A stretch of 64,000 nt of DNA from a virus, in IMG/VR virus record IMGVR_UViG_3300032046_000001, positions 232,551-296,550 of that record. One strand, written 5' to 3'. The notes under the pieces were generated by a model, which was not told the origin of the DNA, made no database searches, and was given only the letters and a program-made list of their open reading frames with translations. A program made the translations under genes and the position numbers. Positions 1 to 9,923 of the stretch are shown in pieces; the stretch's first letter is position 1, and every line of letters begins with the position of its first letter.

Positions 1-2
1 TT

Positions 3-833
3 AAAAATAAAATAAATAAAATCAAAAAATCTGAATTAGAACCGATAATTATAAAATTATATGAAAATTTGAATGAAAAAGAATCATTTGAAAAAGAAAT
101 TGAATTAATAGAAAAATTTGGAAGAATCGAATTAGGAACTGGTCCATTGGTTAATATGACGATTGGTGGTGACGGTAAAAGTGGAAATATTGTTTCTGAA
201 GAAACAAAAAAGAAAATAAGAAAAGATTTTTCTGATATTAAAAAAGAATTCGAAAGAAGAAATTATATTTTATTATCAGAAGAAAAAGACTATAAAAATG
301 CATTTACAAAATTAAAATATATTTGTAATGAAGGACATGAATGTTTTATTAGTTGGAGTAATTTTCAACGAGGATGTGGTTGTTCTGTTTGTGATAATGA
401 AAAACAAAAAAAAATTTTTTATGATATAAAACAGGAATTTGAAAGAAGAAAATATAAATTATTAACGGAAGAAAAAGATTATAAAGATAACGATACAAAA
501 TTAAAATATATTTGTCCGAAAGGACACGAAGGTTATATTAGTTGGAATAGTTTTCAACAAGGACGAGGTTGTCCAATTGAAGGTAAAAAATCTGGTTCTA
601 AAAAACTAAGAAAAAATTTTCAAGAAATTAAAAAAGAATTTGAAAGAAGAAATTATATTTTATTAACAGAAGAAAAAGATTATGAAAATATTTATACAAA
701 ATTAAATTATATTTGTCCAAAAGGACATGAAGGTTCTATTTGTTGGAATAATTTTCAACAAGGAAGATGTTGCCCTATTTGTGGAAAAAAACATTTAAAA
801 CATATTAATATTAAATTAGGAGAAACAACATGA
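3..833 (+). CDS. GIY-YIG homing endonuclease, 5'-truncated by the window edge; the C-terminal region carries three tandem copies of a ~60-aa Cys/His module
   Basis: The frame is open from nt 3. The upstream translation KNKINKIKKSELEPIIIKLYENL aligns to the paralogs at 9093..9896 and 11176..12045. The GRIELGTGPLVNMTIGGDG segment matches those paralogs. The repeat unit is KKEFERRNYILLxEEKDY...YICPKGHEG.IxWNxFQQG.xCPxC, present three times. Confidence 0.7.
   Translation, partial: KNKINKIKKSELEPIIIKLYENLNEKESFEKEIELIEKFGRIELGTGPLVNMTIGGDGKSGNIVSEETKKKIRKDFSDIKKEFERRNYILLSEEKDYKNAFTKLKYICNEGHECFISWSNFQRGCGCSVCDNEKQKKIFYDIKQEFERRKYKLLTEEKDYKDNDTKLKYICPKGHEGYISWNSFQQGRGCPIEGKKSGSKKLRKNFQEIKKEFERRNYILLTEEKDYENIYTKLNYICPKGHEGSICWNNFQQGRCCPICGKKHLKHINIKLGETT
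211..790 (+). repeat. Three tandem ~186-nt coding repeats (protein-domain repeats) inside the GIY-YIG gene
   Basis: The protein segments KKIRKDFSDIKKEFERRNYILLSEEKDY..., KKIFYDIKQEFERRKYKLLTEEKDY... and KKLRKNFQEIKKEFERRNYILLTEEKDY... repeat. The DNA is near-identical, e.g. aaaaagaattYgaaagaagaaattatatttta. Confidence 0.7.
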
Positions 834-1957
834 AATTATTATTGGATAAATCAAAAGTTAATGGTGTTGTTCTCAAAAAATTTTTATTAAAAATTGTATC
901 AGAAGAATTATTAAATTTAAGTGAACCATGTTATTATCCAGCTATCAAGAAATATTATTATAATTTATTAAATTTCACTGGACAAACAGAAAGCAGTTCA
1001 AAAGAACTTACAAAGAATTTTTATGAGCAAGTTAAATTAGAGAAATCAACTTATTTAATGAGAATTCACGATGACCCAATTACCAATCTTATTGTTTTTA
1101 TAATGAATTATTTTTTAATAGAAGAAGATATTATGGGTTATTCAACAGCTACTGTATATTTTGTAATTCGTACATATGCCAATCTTCTACATCGCCAAAT
1201 AAGATTTTGTGATCCCAACGCATTTCGCTATGCAATGGAACACTTAGCGAAAACTCATTTATTTATTAGAGAACGAACATTACCCAATTCATTATATTTT
1301 ATGGCTAAAGAAATAATGAAAAAATATTCTGAGGGTATTGCTGATGGTAATCCAGTTGAAATTGCAAAAATGATTACTGAAACAAGAACAAGAATTCAAC
1401 AAAGTCTTAGAAGTTTTGCAGAGATATACTATAAATCAAAAGAGTCTAATGCGGTTATTAAAAATCCATATGAATCAGAAAATGATACTGAGGATAAAAA
1501 GTATCAAGAACAATCTCAAGATCGATTTGACAGGGTTGTTGATGTTATTTCAAAAAAAATAACAGTATATAAATTTGTAGATAAAAAGGCAATTATTGAT
1601 GCTAAAACTATAACTAAAATAAATATTTCATTAGCAACTTTATTGTCTAATACTTTGACTGATGTTCGATATCTTGATAATGTCAAATTAATTTTAAAAT
1701 TATTTATAAAAGATATGACAAGTGTTAAAACTATTTGTGGTAAAGAATATATAAATTATTTAAGAAATCTCATGTCAATTAAAAGAACAACATCAGTTAT
1801 TTATTTTAAACAACAGATTGCCGAGATCGTTGAAAAAATAATTGATGATATTAATTACAGAGAAAAATATGACAATCTATCTAATCAGTCAAAATTTATG
1901 ATAAATCTTTATATTGCCCTATATTTAACAATGATCTTAAAAAATACTCTATGTTAA
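830..1957 (+). CDS. hypothetical protein (375 aa); its start overlaps the GIY-YIG stop (ATGA)
   Basis: Long ORF with an ATGA overlap, co-oriented with the endonuclease. No recognisable motifs. Confidence 0.5.
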   Translation: MKLLLDKSKVNGVVLKKFLLKIVSEELLNLSEPCYYPAIKKYYYNLLNFTGQTESSSKELTKNFYEQVKLEKSTYLMRIHDDPITNLIVFIMNYFLIEEDIMGYSTATVYFVIRTYANLLHRQIRFCDPNAFRYAMEHLAKTHLFIRERTLPNSLYFMAKEIMKKYSEGIADGNPVEIAKMITETRTRIQQSLRSFAEIYYKSKESNAVIKNPYESENDTEDKKYQEQSQDRFDRVVDVISKKITVYKFVDKKAIIDAKTITKINISLATLLSNTLTDVRYLDNVKLILKLFIKDMTSVKTICGKEYINYLRNLMSIKRTTSVIYFKQQIAEIVEKIIDDINYREKYDNLSNQSKFMINLYIALYLTMILKNTLC

Positions 1958-1983
1958 ACTTATGTTACCAGTTTTTCTTTTTT

Positions 1984-3174
1984 TTAAAATGCTGGATTTT
2001 CAGCTACTAATTGATAATAATCACGAACATCTTGTTGTGATACTCTAGCATCTGGTTCACCAGATACATTACCAACTTCTTGTGTACGTCGTACTGAATT
2101 TGCAGTAACTCGTCTAAGACGTATTAATTCTGGTTCTGCATATGTTCCAAGTGTATTTATCGGAACTGGTGGTTCTCTACCAGTTTCGAGTTCTTTAATA
2201 TATTCCTTTAATGATGGCCTACCACTTATTTCATTACCACCCTCATCAGCAACGAGAGTATCAAATAAACATCCAAATTCTATTCTTACATCACACATTC
2301 CCATATTTTGTTTATATGAAATAACTTGTTGATCTCCACCTTTTACTACAGTAATATTTCCAATATATGATTCTGGTAAATTTAATAGTCCAGGAACTCG
2401 AATTTTATGAAAAAATGGCCAACTATAAAATACACCATCTGAACTTTTCGGTAAAGCCAATAATAATAATGCACATAATGGTCCTGTAATATATTTCTTT
2501 GTAACCTCTAAATTTCCAGGATTTGGATTAAATAATCTTATTGTTATTGTGTATGATGGTGCAAAACCACTATTTTTCCAAATCTGCGGTAAATCAATTC
2601 TTCCACCAAGAGTTTTGTTTGCTAATGATACCGTGTTTTGTATAACAGATCCTACTGGTCCCATTTTAGAAGTGACATCATTAAAACCTTTTGCTACAGT
2701 TTCTGCCATACCACCAATACCACCAACTACAGCTCCCATTACGTCTGAACCAGCGGTGGATATAGGACGAATCGCTTTTCCAAATCTTCCCATTTCACCT
2801 AAAATTTTTTTTCCTGCCTGAGACCATGTTTTTGCCCCTAACATCTGTCCAAGTTGTGCTGCTTCTTCAGAAACAACTTGTAATCCACTTCCTAAAAAAC
2901 TCTCAGCATAAAAGTTAGAAAAATTATCAGTTGGGAAGTTGTCTGATAAAAAAGCAACTTTCAGTGAATTTCCAGTTATACTATAACCATAATTATTTAA
3001 AATTTTTTTATAGGTTTCGATATCTGGATCTATTGTAAATAAGTTTTGAGATAAATCACCTGGTTTAGATGGTATAATCTCCATGACTGGAAATGTACTT
3101 TTTATAATAACATCAGTCTCAGGTGTTGATGGAGGCAAACCGATTATTTCTGGTAGTGCTGTTAATTGTGGCAT
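1984..3174 (-). CDS. hypothetical virion/tail-associated protein (396 aa)
   Basis: Long ORF translationally coupled to the 1102-aa ORF (shared nt 3174). It lies in the structural block downstream of terL. Confidence 0.45.
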   Translation of the reverse strand: MPQLTALPEIIGLPPSTPETDVIIKSTFPVMEIIPSKPGDLSQNLFTIDPDIETYKKILNNYGYSITGNSLKVAFLSDNFPTDNFSNFYAESFLGSGLQVVSEEAAQLGQMLGAKTWSQAGKKILGEMGRFGKAIRPISTAGSDVMGAVVGGIGGMAETVAKGFNDVTSKMGPVGSVIQNTVSLANKTLGGRIDLPQIWKNSGFAPSYTITIRLFNPNPGNLEVTKKYITGPLCALLLLALPKSSDGVFYSWPFFHKIRVPGLLNLPESYIGNITVVKGGDQQVISYKQNMGMCDVRIEFGCLFDTLVADEGGNEISGRPSLKEYIKELETGREPPVPINTLGTYAEPELIRLRRVTANSVRRTQEVGNVSGEPDARVSQQDVRDYYQLVAENPAF

Positions 3175-6100
3175 TAATATAAATCTCCTTTTAATATTGA
3201 TTCAATAATGGGATCAGTAGTAGTAGAAATTGGTGAATTACCACCAGACACAGTTGATGTACTATTATTGAGATTATTTTTAATAACATTTATTATTTCA
3301 TTTCTATTACCTATATTAGAACCATGTACAATCCTATTAAAATTTTCTTTCGCTTTCAATAAATCTTCACGATATTGTTCATCGTTTTTGTGTTTATTTT
3401 TTAACACTGCATCTATTGTATTTTTAATGCCATTATTTTTAATTATTTCTTTTTTAATTTCCATTCCAATAATTTTTGAATTTTCAATTACAGGAGTAAT
3501 TTGTTCTTTCATTTCTGATGTATTTTCTTTAAAACTACCCCAAAAATTTTCACCAATTTCAGATAACTGAGAAGAAAATGGTTGATTTTCCCTTTTAATA
3601 CTTTTTAAATAATCCTGAGTTGATTTATCTTGTTCAGCAGATTGCATCATATCAGCATATGAATACGCTCCAGCTTGTTTTTCCAAAACATCGCTGTATC
3701 TCATTGTTGGATCATGTAACATTGTCAATTCTCTATTAACCCTATCATTCATTACATGTTCAGCTTCTTCTTTATATACTGATGCTTTAATTCCCAATAA
3801 ATTTATTAAGTCACTAGGTGGAATATTTCTCGCACCAAACATATATTTCAATCTATCTTCAAAAGAAAGTTTTCCAGTTTTATCTAAAACTTGATATGCT
3901 GTACTGATTTTACCTTGATATTCATATAATTGATTATTCGCCACCATCGAACTAAATTTTTCAGAAATATTATCCTTTCCAAATCTAGTTAACATACTAT
4001 ACGCTTCAGGCGTCAAATTTTTCTTTATAGTTTCAGCAAATGCCTTGTTTTGTACATCACGAGCTTCTTCGGCTTTTAAACCATGAATACGTGCTTCTTT
4101 AATTTGTGCCCCCAAACCAATTTTTTCAAAAGCACCAACTTCTAATTTTGTTAATAAAGGAGCTTCAACTTCAAAATATTCATCTTTAAGTACCCATTTT
4201 TTATGTTTATTTTGAATTATTTGTCCTGTTTGTTGTAAATATAAAAATCTATCTGCAACACCGACTGGATTATTAGGATCTAATAATTTAAATGCCTCAC
4301 CACTCATATGTTTTTTCTTATTTTTTAAATATATTGATCCAGTCTCCTCAGCAACGTTTCTGTGTGCTTCTCTTGTTTGCTCTACTTGATTTCTTAACCA
4401 GGTTTCTCTATCATATCCAAATAGTTTAAGTGGTTTTGATGCCATTAATTGTGCAGATGTAATAAGTTTTTCAGTTGCTGTTATTTTTTGACCAGGAACA
4501 CCAAATTTGGCCTCAAATTCTTTACCAAAAACATTACTATACATTTCACCCAATAATCCCCAACTTTCAGACATTTTCATCCTTTCGACAAGTGATGCTT
4601 TTTCGTATGCCTCAAGTCTTTTTTCCCTACGTTTTTTATCTTCTTCTTCAAATTCAAATGCCTTCTTTTTACCACCGCCTCCGAGTGTTGCTTTTATTGA
4701 GTCAATTATTTTTGGAAAATATTCATTTAATTTTTCACCAATTTTATTACCCACATACAAAGCTATACCTGTACCTAATGCTGCTTTTACTGGATCTGGT
4801 ATAAGACCCCATGCAGTGGTGAGTAATCCTACTAATGAACCACCAAGCCACTTTATCGCATCCCAAATATAACTACCAGCTCTTTTAACATAATTTTTAA
4901 ATTTGATTCCTAAATCGAATATACTGTCTTTAATATGTTTTAAAAATTTCAAAGCTTTTTGGGCATATGGCGATTCTGAAATATTTTTACGTACAGATGA
5001 TAGATCTTTCTTGACAGATTTTAAAATAGTTGTATTTTTTCTATTATCTTCTTGTTGTATATAACTGCCTTTTAATAATTTTTTCTGAAATTCTTTTTCA
5101 CGATTCATATATATTTCATAAACGTCTTTATTTACAGACTGTTTTACAAGAATTTCAATTTGATATAACATTTTCATTTGAATATCAATTAATGTGGCAA
5201 ATCGATCAGTAATATTCAATAAACTTATTTCTTGTGATGGAAGATGAGCACCAGTTTTCCCACCTTTACCAAACATCTTCTTAACACCACGATATTCCCA
5301 AGCAGCAATCTTACCAATACCTTTTGCTCCTCGACCAAGAAGTCTCATAAACGCACCAGCAATCGTATATTCAGGATACGTTTTATGAAGAGCTGTTTTA
5401 TATTTTTTTCCTGTAAATGCCGATGCCATATCTTGTGTGGCTGTTAGTTGTTGTGTTAATAGTTGGATTATTGTATCATATTTATCCATTGAAAAAACAA
5501 AAGTAGTATTAAGAATATCTCTCGTTGCGTTAAAAGCGTTTGGATCTTTAGAAAGAAACTTTTTATAACCACCTCTTCTGGTAAATGGAAAATTAATTAA
5601 TCCTCTTGCTCTCCCAATAAACCAACTACTCATTGAATATACAAATCTAAGTGCTGGATGTTTCAGTAAAAAATCTTGAAACATACTGGAAATCCACTCA
5701 CGAAATCCCTTAGTATATCCAGCTAAAGCAATACGAATTTCAACTAAACTCTCAAGAATCTCTCTATTATATACTCTATTACTTGTATCTAATTTCTGAA
5801 CACTCTTTGATACTCTATCAGTTTGTTGAATATTAAATTTTTTGAACATCGTATTGAATTTATCTTCATATTTTTCATCAATACGATCTAATAGTTTATC
5901 AATTGGCATTACAACTTCAGCAGCATGTAATCTTGTTAAACCACCTTTGGAAACATAGCCACCTTTTGCCATTTTTGGAATTTTTTCATCAAACGATTCT
6001 TTCTTTTTTAAACCAACTACTCTTTTCAATCCACCCCAAGTACCTGTTATTATTCCTCGAAGTTTATCAACAACACTTCTAATAGCAGTGATAAAACCAT

Positions 6101-6482
6101 CTTTTATTTTTTTCATAGTATTTTGAAACGCTTCAGTTTCAAAAAATTTACTTACGAAGTATCCAAATACTGGACTGGCTTGGGTTATTGATAATGCCAT
6201 CAAATTTTTTTTATTGACACTAATATCTTGTCCGATTTGTTTACTATATTGATCGAGTGTTTCTTTTGTATAGCGAACAGCATTACTTGCAACCTTTTCT
6301 ATACTACTAGTCGCAGCTTCAACAGCACCAGCGAGTTTTCCCAGAACTTTATTGGTTGTTGAGACAATTTGTTGTTGTCCTTCAACCTTATTTTCTAGTT
6401 TATTCAGAGTTGCGCTCATAGAATTTATTCTTTTCGCTTGATTCCGAACTTCACTATCGGCAACAAATTTTTTGTCTGCCAT
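3174..6482 (-). CDS. large structural protein (1102 aa), tape-measure-like or internal virion protein
   Basis: Size and coiled-coil-rich N-terminus (LNKLENKVEGQQQIVSTTNKVLGKLAGAVEAATSSIEK). Position in the terL-proximal structural block. Confidence 0.45.
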   Translation of the reverse strand: MADKKFVADSEVRNQAKRINSMSATLNKLENKVEGQQQIVSTTNKVLGKLAGAVEAATSSIEKVASNAVRYTKETLDQYSKQIGQDISVNKKNLMALSITQASPVFGYFVSKFFETEAFQNTMKKIKDGFITAIRSVVDKLRGIITGTWGGLKRVVGLKKKESFDEKIPKMAKGGYVSKGGLTRLHAAEVVMPIDKLLDRIDEKYEDKFNTMFKKFNIQQTDRVSKSVQKLDTSNRVYNREILESLVEIRIALAGYTKGFREWISSMFQDFLLKHPALRFVYSMSSWFIGRARGLINFPFTRRGGYKKFLSKDPNAFNATRDILNTTFVFSMDKYDTIIQLLTQQLTATQDMASAFTGKKYKTALHKTYPEYTIAGAFMRLLGRGAKGIGKIAAWEYRGVKKMFGKGGKTGAHLPSQEISLLNITDRFATLIDIQMKMLYQIEILVKQSVNKDVYEIYMNREKEFQKKLLKGSYIQQEDNRKNTTILKSVKKDLSSVRKNISESPYAQKALKFLKHIKDSIFDLGIKFKNYVKRAGSYIWDAIKWLGGSLVGLLTTAWGLIPDPVKAALGTGIALYVGNKIGEKLNEYFPKIIDSIKATLGGGGKKKAFEFEEEDKKRREKRLEAYEKASLVERMKMSESWGLLGEMYSNVFGKEFEAKFGVPGQKITATEKLITSAQLMASKPLKLFGYDRETWLRNQVEQTREAHRNVAEETGSIYLKNKKKHMSGEAFKLLDPNNPVGVADRFLYLQQTGQIIQNKHKKWVLKDEYFEVEAPLLTKLEVGAFEKIGLGAQIKEARIHGLKAEEARDVQNKAFAETIKKNLTPEAYSMLTRFGKDNISEKFSSMVANNQLYEYQGKISTAYQVLDKTGKLSFEDRLKYMFGARNIPPSDLINLLGIKASVYKEEAEHVMNDRVNRELTMLHDPTMRYSDVLEKQAGAYSYADMMQSAEQDKSTQDYLKSIKRENQPFSSQLSEIGENFWGSFKENTSEMKEQITPVIENSKIIGMEIKKEIIKNNGIKNTIDAVLKNKHKNDEQYREDLLKAKENFNRIVHGSNIGNRNEIINVIKNNLNNSTSTVSGGNSPISTTTDPIIESILKGDLY

Positions 6483-6494
6483 TATTCAAACTCC

Positions 6495-7418
6495 TTATGA
6501 AAGTAATTTAAAAACTTTATAAACATCAGCCATATCAGTTCCTGGAATTTCAGAATAAACTGAAATTACTTCTGATGGAAAAAGTAATTCCTGAACCGCT
6601 ACATTTTTTACATCTATACCTCCAAAAACATTTTTATATGATCTATCAATTGATGATAAAATATGACTAAAAGTACTAATATTTTTTATAAATATACTAA
6701 CACTCTTAGTAAATAATTTAATTAAGACAATATATTGATTCGCTAATGTGTCGAATGCTTTGGAATCTAAAGTAGAATATGATTTTAATGACATTAATTT
6801 TTTATGATACTTGGTTAATATCTTGTTATCAATATTTTTTTCTTTTTCTACTTTTTCAAATAAAAATTTTATTATTGATTCTATTTCAAGATCAAATACA
6901 CCTTTTAATTTAAACGTATCTTGAAAATAAAAATAATAAAAATCAAATAATTTTTTTCTGAATATACTTATAAATTTATCTGGATGATTTGCCGCAAACA
7001 TATGCATAGTTTCATGAACTAATATTTCACTTAATAGATTGTTATCAACAAATCCATATTTATTTATTGAATTACTAATCAGTATATAAATTTTATTACT
7101 GTCAATTTCATAGAAACCAAATACTTGTCGAAATTCTTCTCTAAAATATTGTTCTTCTGAACGAATTCTGTCCGTTGGATGTAATCTATATAATATTGTT
7201 GATACGATTCCTTTTGTTAAAAAACACGGTACAACAATATTATTATTAACAAGTTTTGTTAAACTTTCAATTATTGGTTTCATCTTATTAGTTTTATACA
7301 TCGATTTAAGAAATGAGTTTCTGATATGATTTGATGTATATAACTTTAAATTTCCAAATATTGGTATAGAGTGTAATCCAACGGGAGGAGCAAATAACTC
7401 ACTGATATTATTATTCAA
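6495..7418 (-). CDS. zincin-like HExxH protein (putative metallopeptidase)
   Basis: Motif LVHETMHMFAANHPDKF (HExxH). Sits between terL and the large structural ORF. Confidence 0.45.
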   Translation of the reverse strand: MNNNISELFAPPVGLHSIPIFGNLKLYTSNHIRNSFLKSMYKTNKMKPIIESLTKLVNNNIVVPCFLTKGIVSTILYRLHPTDRIRSEEQYFREEFRQVFGFYEIDSNKIYILISNSINKYGFVDNNLLSEILVHETMHMFAANHPDKFISIFRKKLFDFYYFYFQDTFKLKGVFDLEIESIIKFLFEKVEKEKNIDNKILTKYHKKLMSLKSYSTLDSKAFDTLANQYIVLIKLFTKSVSIFIKNISTFSHILSSIDRSYKNVFGGIDVKNVAVQELLFPSEVISVYSEIPGTDMADVYKVFKLLS

Positions 7419-7429
7419 TATATCACCTC

Positions 7430-9103
7430 CTAATCTTTGTTAATTATATCAAATACATCTATCACAGAATAATTACCGTATTTAGTGACTTTTGAATTTG
7501 TTATTTGATCTTTTATCTTTTTAATAATAGAAAAATTATCAACTTCTCTTATACCACTATTATCGAATGGATTATTATCATCATTATTTAATCTAAGAAT
7601 ATTATCAAAATCCATCAATTCTTCATATCTAGTGTCAGCTTCAATGATCAATGGAGGATCATATTTACGAACAAAATAACAAAATGCCGCAGCCATAACT
7701 AAATCATCATGGCATCCCTCGTCTGCTTCAACTTTCCCACTTGGTTTTGTTATTAAACCTATTAATTCTAGAGCTAAATTTTTTGATTTTATAGTTGTTG
7801 GAAATTGACTAACATATGAATATAATGCATCAATAACCAATGGTCTGTTCTGTCTATCTAAAAAAATACCTGGAATAATATTTGTTATTTCTCCTGCTTT
7901 ATTTCTTTTTTTCTCTTTATATAACATGGTGTGATATGTACTTCTATTAAGAGTCTCCATTACTTGATTTCCAACACCATTATTCTCTATCACTAACGTT
8001 CCTGGATATGTTGCACAAGCAAGTTCTACTATTTTACACAAATCGATAACTTCACATTTAGAGTGATATTCCCAAACTTGTGTCATTGAAATATAATCAA
8101 AAATTACTATAGTCGATTTATCTTCACCATTCAAAGTTGCAGTATCAACACCAATTATATAATGCCTATTGGGTACTGGTTTTTCATAAATTCTTATTTC
8201 ACCATTGAATATTTTATGAATTTCAATTGGATCAACAGGATTATCCTGTAGAACAATATTTGTTTTTTCATCAAAGAATGAACCCGATGTCGGTAAAAAT
8301 TTTAACTCTAATTCTTGCTGGATTTTTCTAAGATCATTATCAAAGAGTCTGCATTGCGTTTGATACCATTCTTCATTTAGTTCCTTAATCATCTTCCAAT
8401 GGATTATGAAAGGTTTGAAGATATCATTACCTGCAACGGCATTTTGATATCTGCTATAAAAAAACTTTCCAGTACCAACTGTTTTATTTGGTGTACTCAA
8501 AATTATTGTTCCATATGGTACATCATTTTCTTTGGCAGATTTTTGATTAGTTGCTAAAGCTGGCACCATTCCTGTCCAAGCATCATCTAATTTTTGAACA
8601 AATGCCGCTTCATCAATAACTAAAAAAGTAATACTTTCACCACGAAAACAATTCATAGGATTTTTGGGGTCAATTGGAGAGTTATATACTTTGCTACCAT
8701 TTTTTAATATAAAAGATCGTTCATTTCTCTTTTCAAATTTTGGTCGCATCCATGAAGGTAATTTATCAATAAATCCAGCTATAAATCTTGAAAATTTTGT
8801 TGCTGCTGGTCCATCTTTGGAAATTATTCCAACAACAGCATTATCATGAAAAACTACTAACCATGAAATATATGCTTGAATTATTGTACTAATACCAATT
8901 TGTCGAGATTTTACAACTATAACATAATGTTCTTCATTTATAGTTTTAATTAATTCTAATTGTTTATCATATGGTTTTATTTTTACATCACCACCAGGAA
9001 GTTCCAAAAGAATGTCGTTGGAAATATAATGATTAAAATTATTTTTACATTTCAAATATTCACTGACATTATCCTCCATTATTTTTATTTTTTCATTTTT
9101 CAT
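7430..9103 (-). CDS. terL: terminase large subunit
   Basis: Walker A-like VVKSRQIGISTI and Walker B-like FLVIDEAAF. C-terminal nuclease-type acidic motifs IGVDTA and EGCHDDLVMAAA. Length 557 aa. Confidence 0.85.
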   Translation of the reverse strand: MKNEKIKIMEDNVSEYLKCKNNFNHYISNDILLELPGGDVKIKPYDKQLELIKTINEEHYVIVVKSRQIGISTIIQAYISWLVVFHDNAVVGIISKDGPAATKFSRFIAGFIDKLPSWMRPKFEKRNERSFILKNGSKVYNSPIDPKNPMNCFRGESITFLVIDEAAFVQKLDDAWTGMVPALATNQKSAKENDVPYGTIILSTPNKTVGTGKFFYSRYQNAVAGNDIFKPFIIHWKMIKELNEEWYQTQCRLFDNDLRKIQQELELKFLPTSGSFFDEKTNIVLQDNPVDPIEIHKIFNGEIRIYEKPVPNRHYIIGVDTATLNGEDKSTIVIFDYISMTQVWEYHSKCEVIDLCKIVELACATYPGTLVIENNGVGNQVMETLNRSTYHTMLYKEKKRNKAGEITNIIPGIFLDRQNRPLVIDALYSYVSQFPTTIKSKNLALELIGLITKPSGKVEADEGCHDDLVMAAAFCYFVRKYDPPLIIEADTRYEELMDFDNILRLNNDDNNPFDNSGIREVDNFSIIKKIKDQITNSKVTKYGNYSVIDVFDIINKD

Positions 9104-9896
9104 TTTTTGTTTCCCTACAATTTAATTTTTTTAATTTTATATTTGATATTGTTGATATACAAACATTATGTTTTTTAGCCATCTGCCTATAATTTAATTC
9201 TTTTTTTTCTATCTCAATTTGAATATCTATAATTTTTTGATCCGTTAATTTAAAATTTGGATTGTCTTTACAGAAAAGACCTTTACCAAAATTAGGATTA
9301 TTTTCACCAATATATTTTCCTTTTTTGGACTCACTCATTTTATTTTTTGATTTTTCTGAAAAAAATTTTCCCTTTTTAGATTCACTCATCTTCTTTTTTG
9401 ATTCTTCTGAATGATGTTTACCAAAATTTGATGATTTTTCTCCTTTTTGTTTTTCACTTATTATTTTTTTTATTTCTTTACTATGTTGTTTTTTAAAAAA
9501 TGGATTATTTTCACCTTTTACTTTTTCACTTATTTTTTTTCTTGTTTGGTATGAAGTAATTTTACCACTGCTTCCTTCACCGCCATTGGTCATATTTAAA
9601 AGTGAACCAGTTCCTAAATCAATTCTTCCTATTTCTTGGATCAATTTTATTTCAAGTTCAAAAGATTCTTCTTCATTTAAATTTTCATATAATTTAAAAA
9701 CTACTGATTGTAATTTAGATTGTTTGATTTTATTTATTTTATTTTTAAAAAATAAATTTCTTCCATGTTCAATTGAATATCTTCTATCTTTACCTTTTCC
9801 AATATAAAATGGTTCGAATAAGAAACAAATATCTTCATAACAATACTTTCCAGATTTTCTTGGATCAAGATAAATATAAATATAAAAATTATTCAT
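9093..9896 (-). CDS. GIY-YIG homing endonuclease with four NUMOD3 repeats and a C-terminal HTH
   Basis: MNNFYIYIYLDPR...YIGKG (GIY-YIG). Repeats of SEESKKKMSESKKGK type (NUMOD3). C-terminal NYRQMAKKHNVCISTISNIK. Its 3' end overlaps the terL start by 11 nt. Confidence 0.8.
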   Translation of the reverse strand: MNNFYIYIYLDPRKSGKYCYEDICFLFEPFYIGKGKDRRYSIEHGRNLFFKNKINKIKQSKLQSVVFKLYENLNEEESFELEIKLIQEIGRIDLGTGSLLNMTNGGEGSSGKITSYQTRKKISEKVKGENNPFFKKQHSKEIKKIISEKQKGEKSSNFGKHHSEESKKKMSESKKGKFFSEKSKNKMSESKKGKYIGENNPNFGKGLFCKDNPNFKLTDQKIIDIQIEIEKKELNYRQMAKKHNVCISTISNIKLKKLNCRETKNEK

Positions 9897-9923
9897 CTTT
9901 TAAAATTTCCTTTATCAAATTAT

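Noticed and set aside
1958-1983. Short ccag...ctgg inverted repeat at the convergent junction between + strand gene 830..1957 and - strand gene 1984..3174, as a bidirectional terminator.
   Set aside because: Only a 4-bp stem with an A/T-rich loop. It is too weak to call.
2549-5447. + strand ORFs of 60-121 aa nested inside the long - strand structural genes. Similar antisense ORFs occur throughout the window, e.g. 8664, 9586, 10482, 23797, 28357, 31648, 36221, 43431, 46020, 51313, 55537, 57817.
   Set aside because: They lie antisense within much longer, motif-bearing ORFs. They have low-complexity translations (poly-F/L/I from an AT-rich antisense) and no SD-like upstream sequence.
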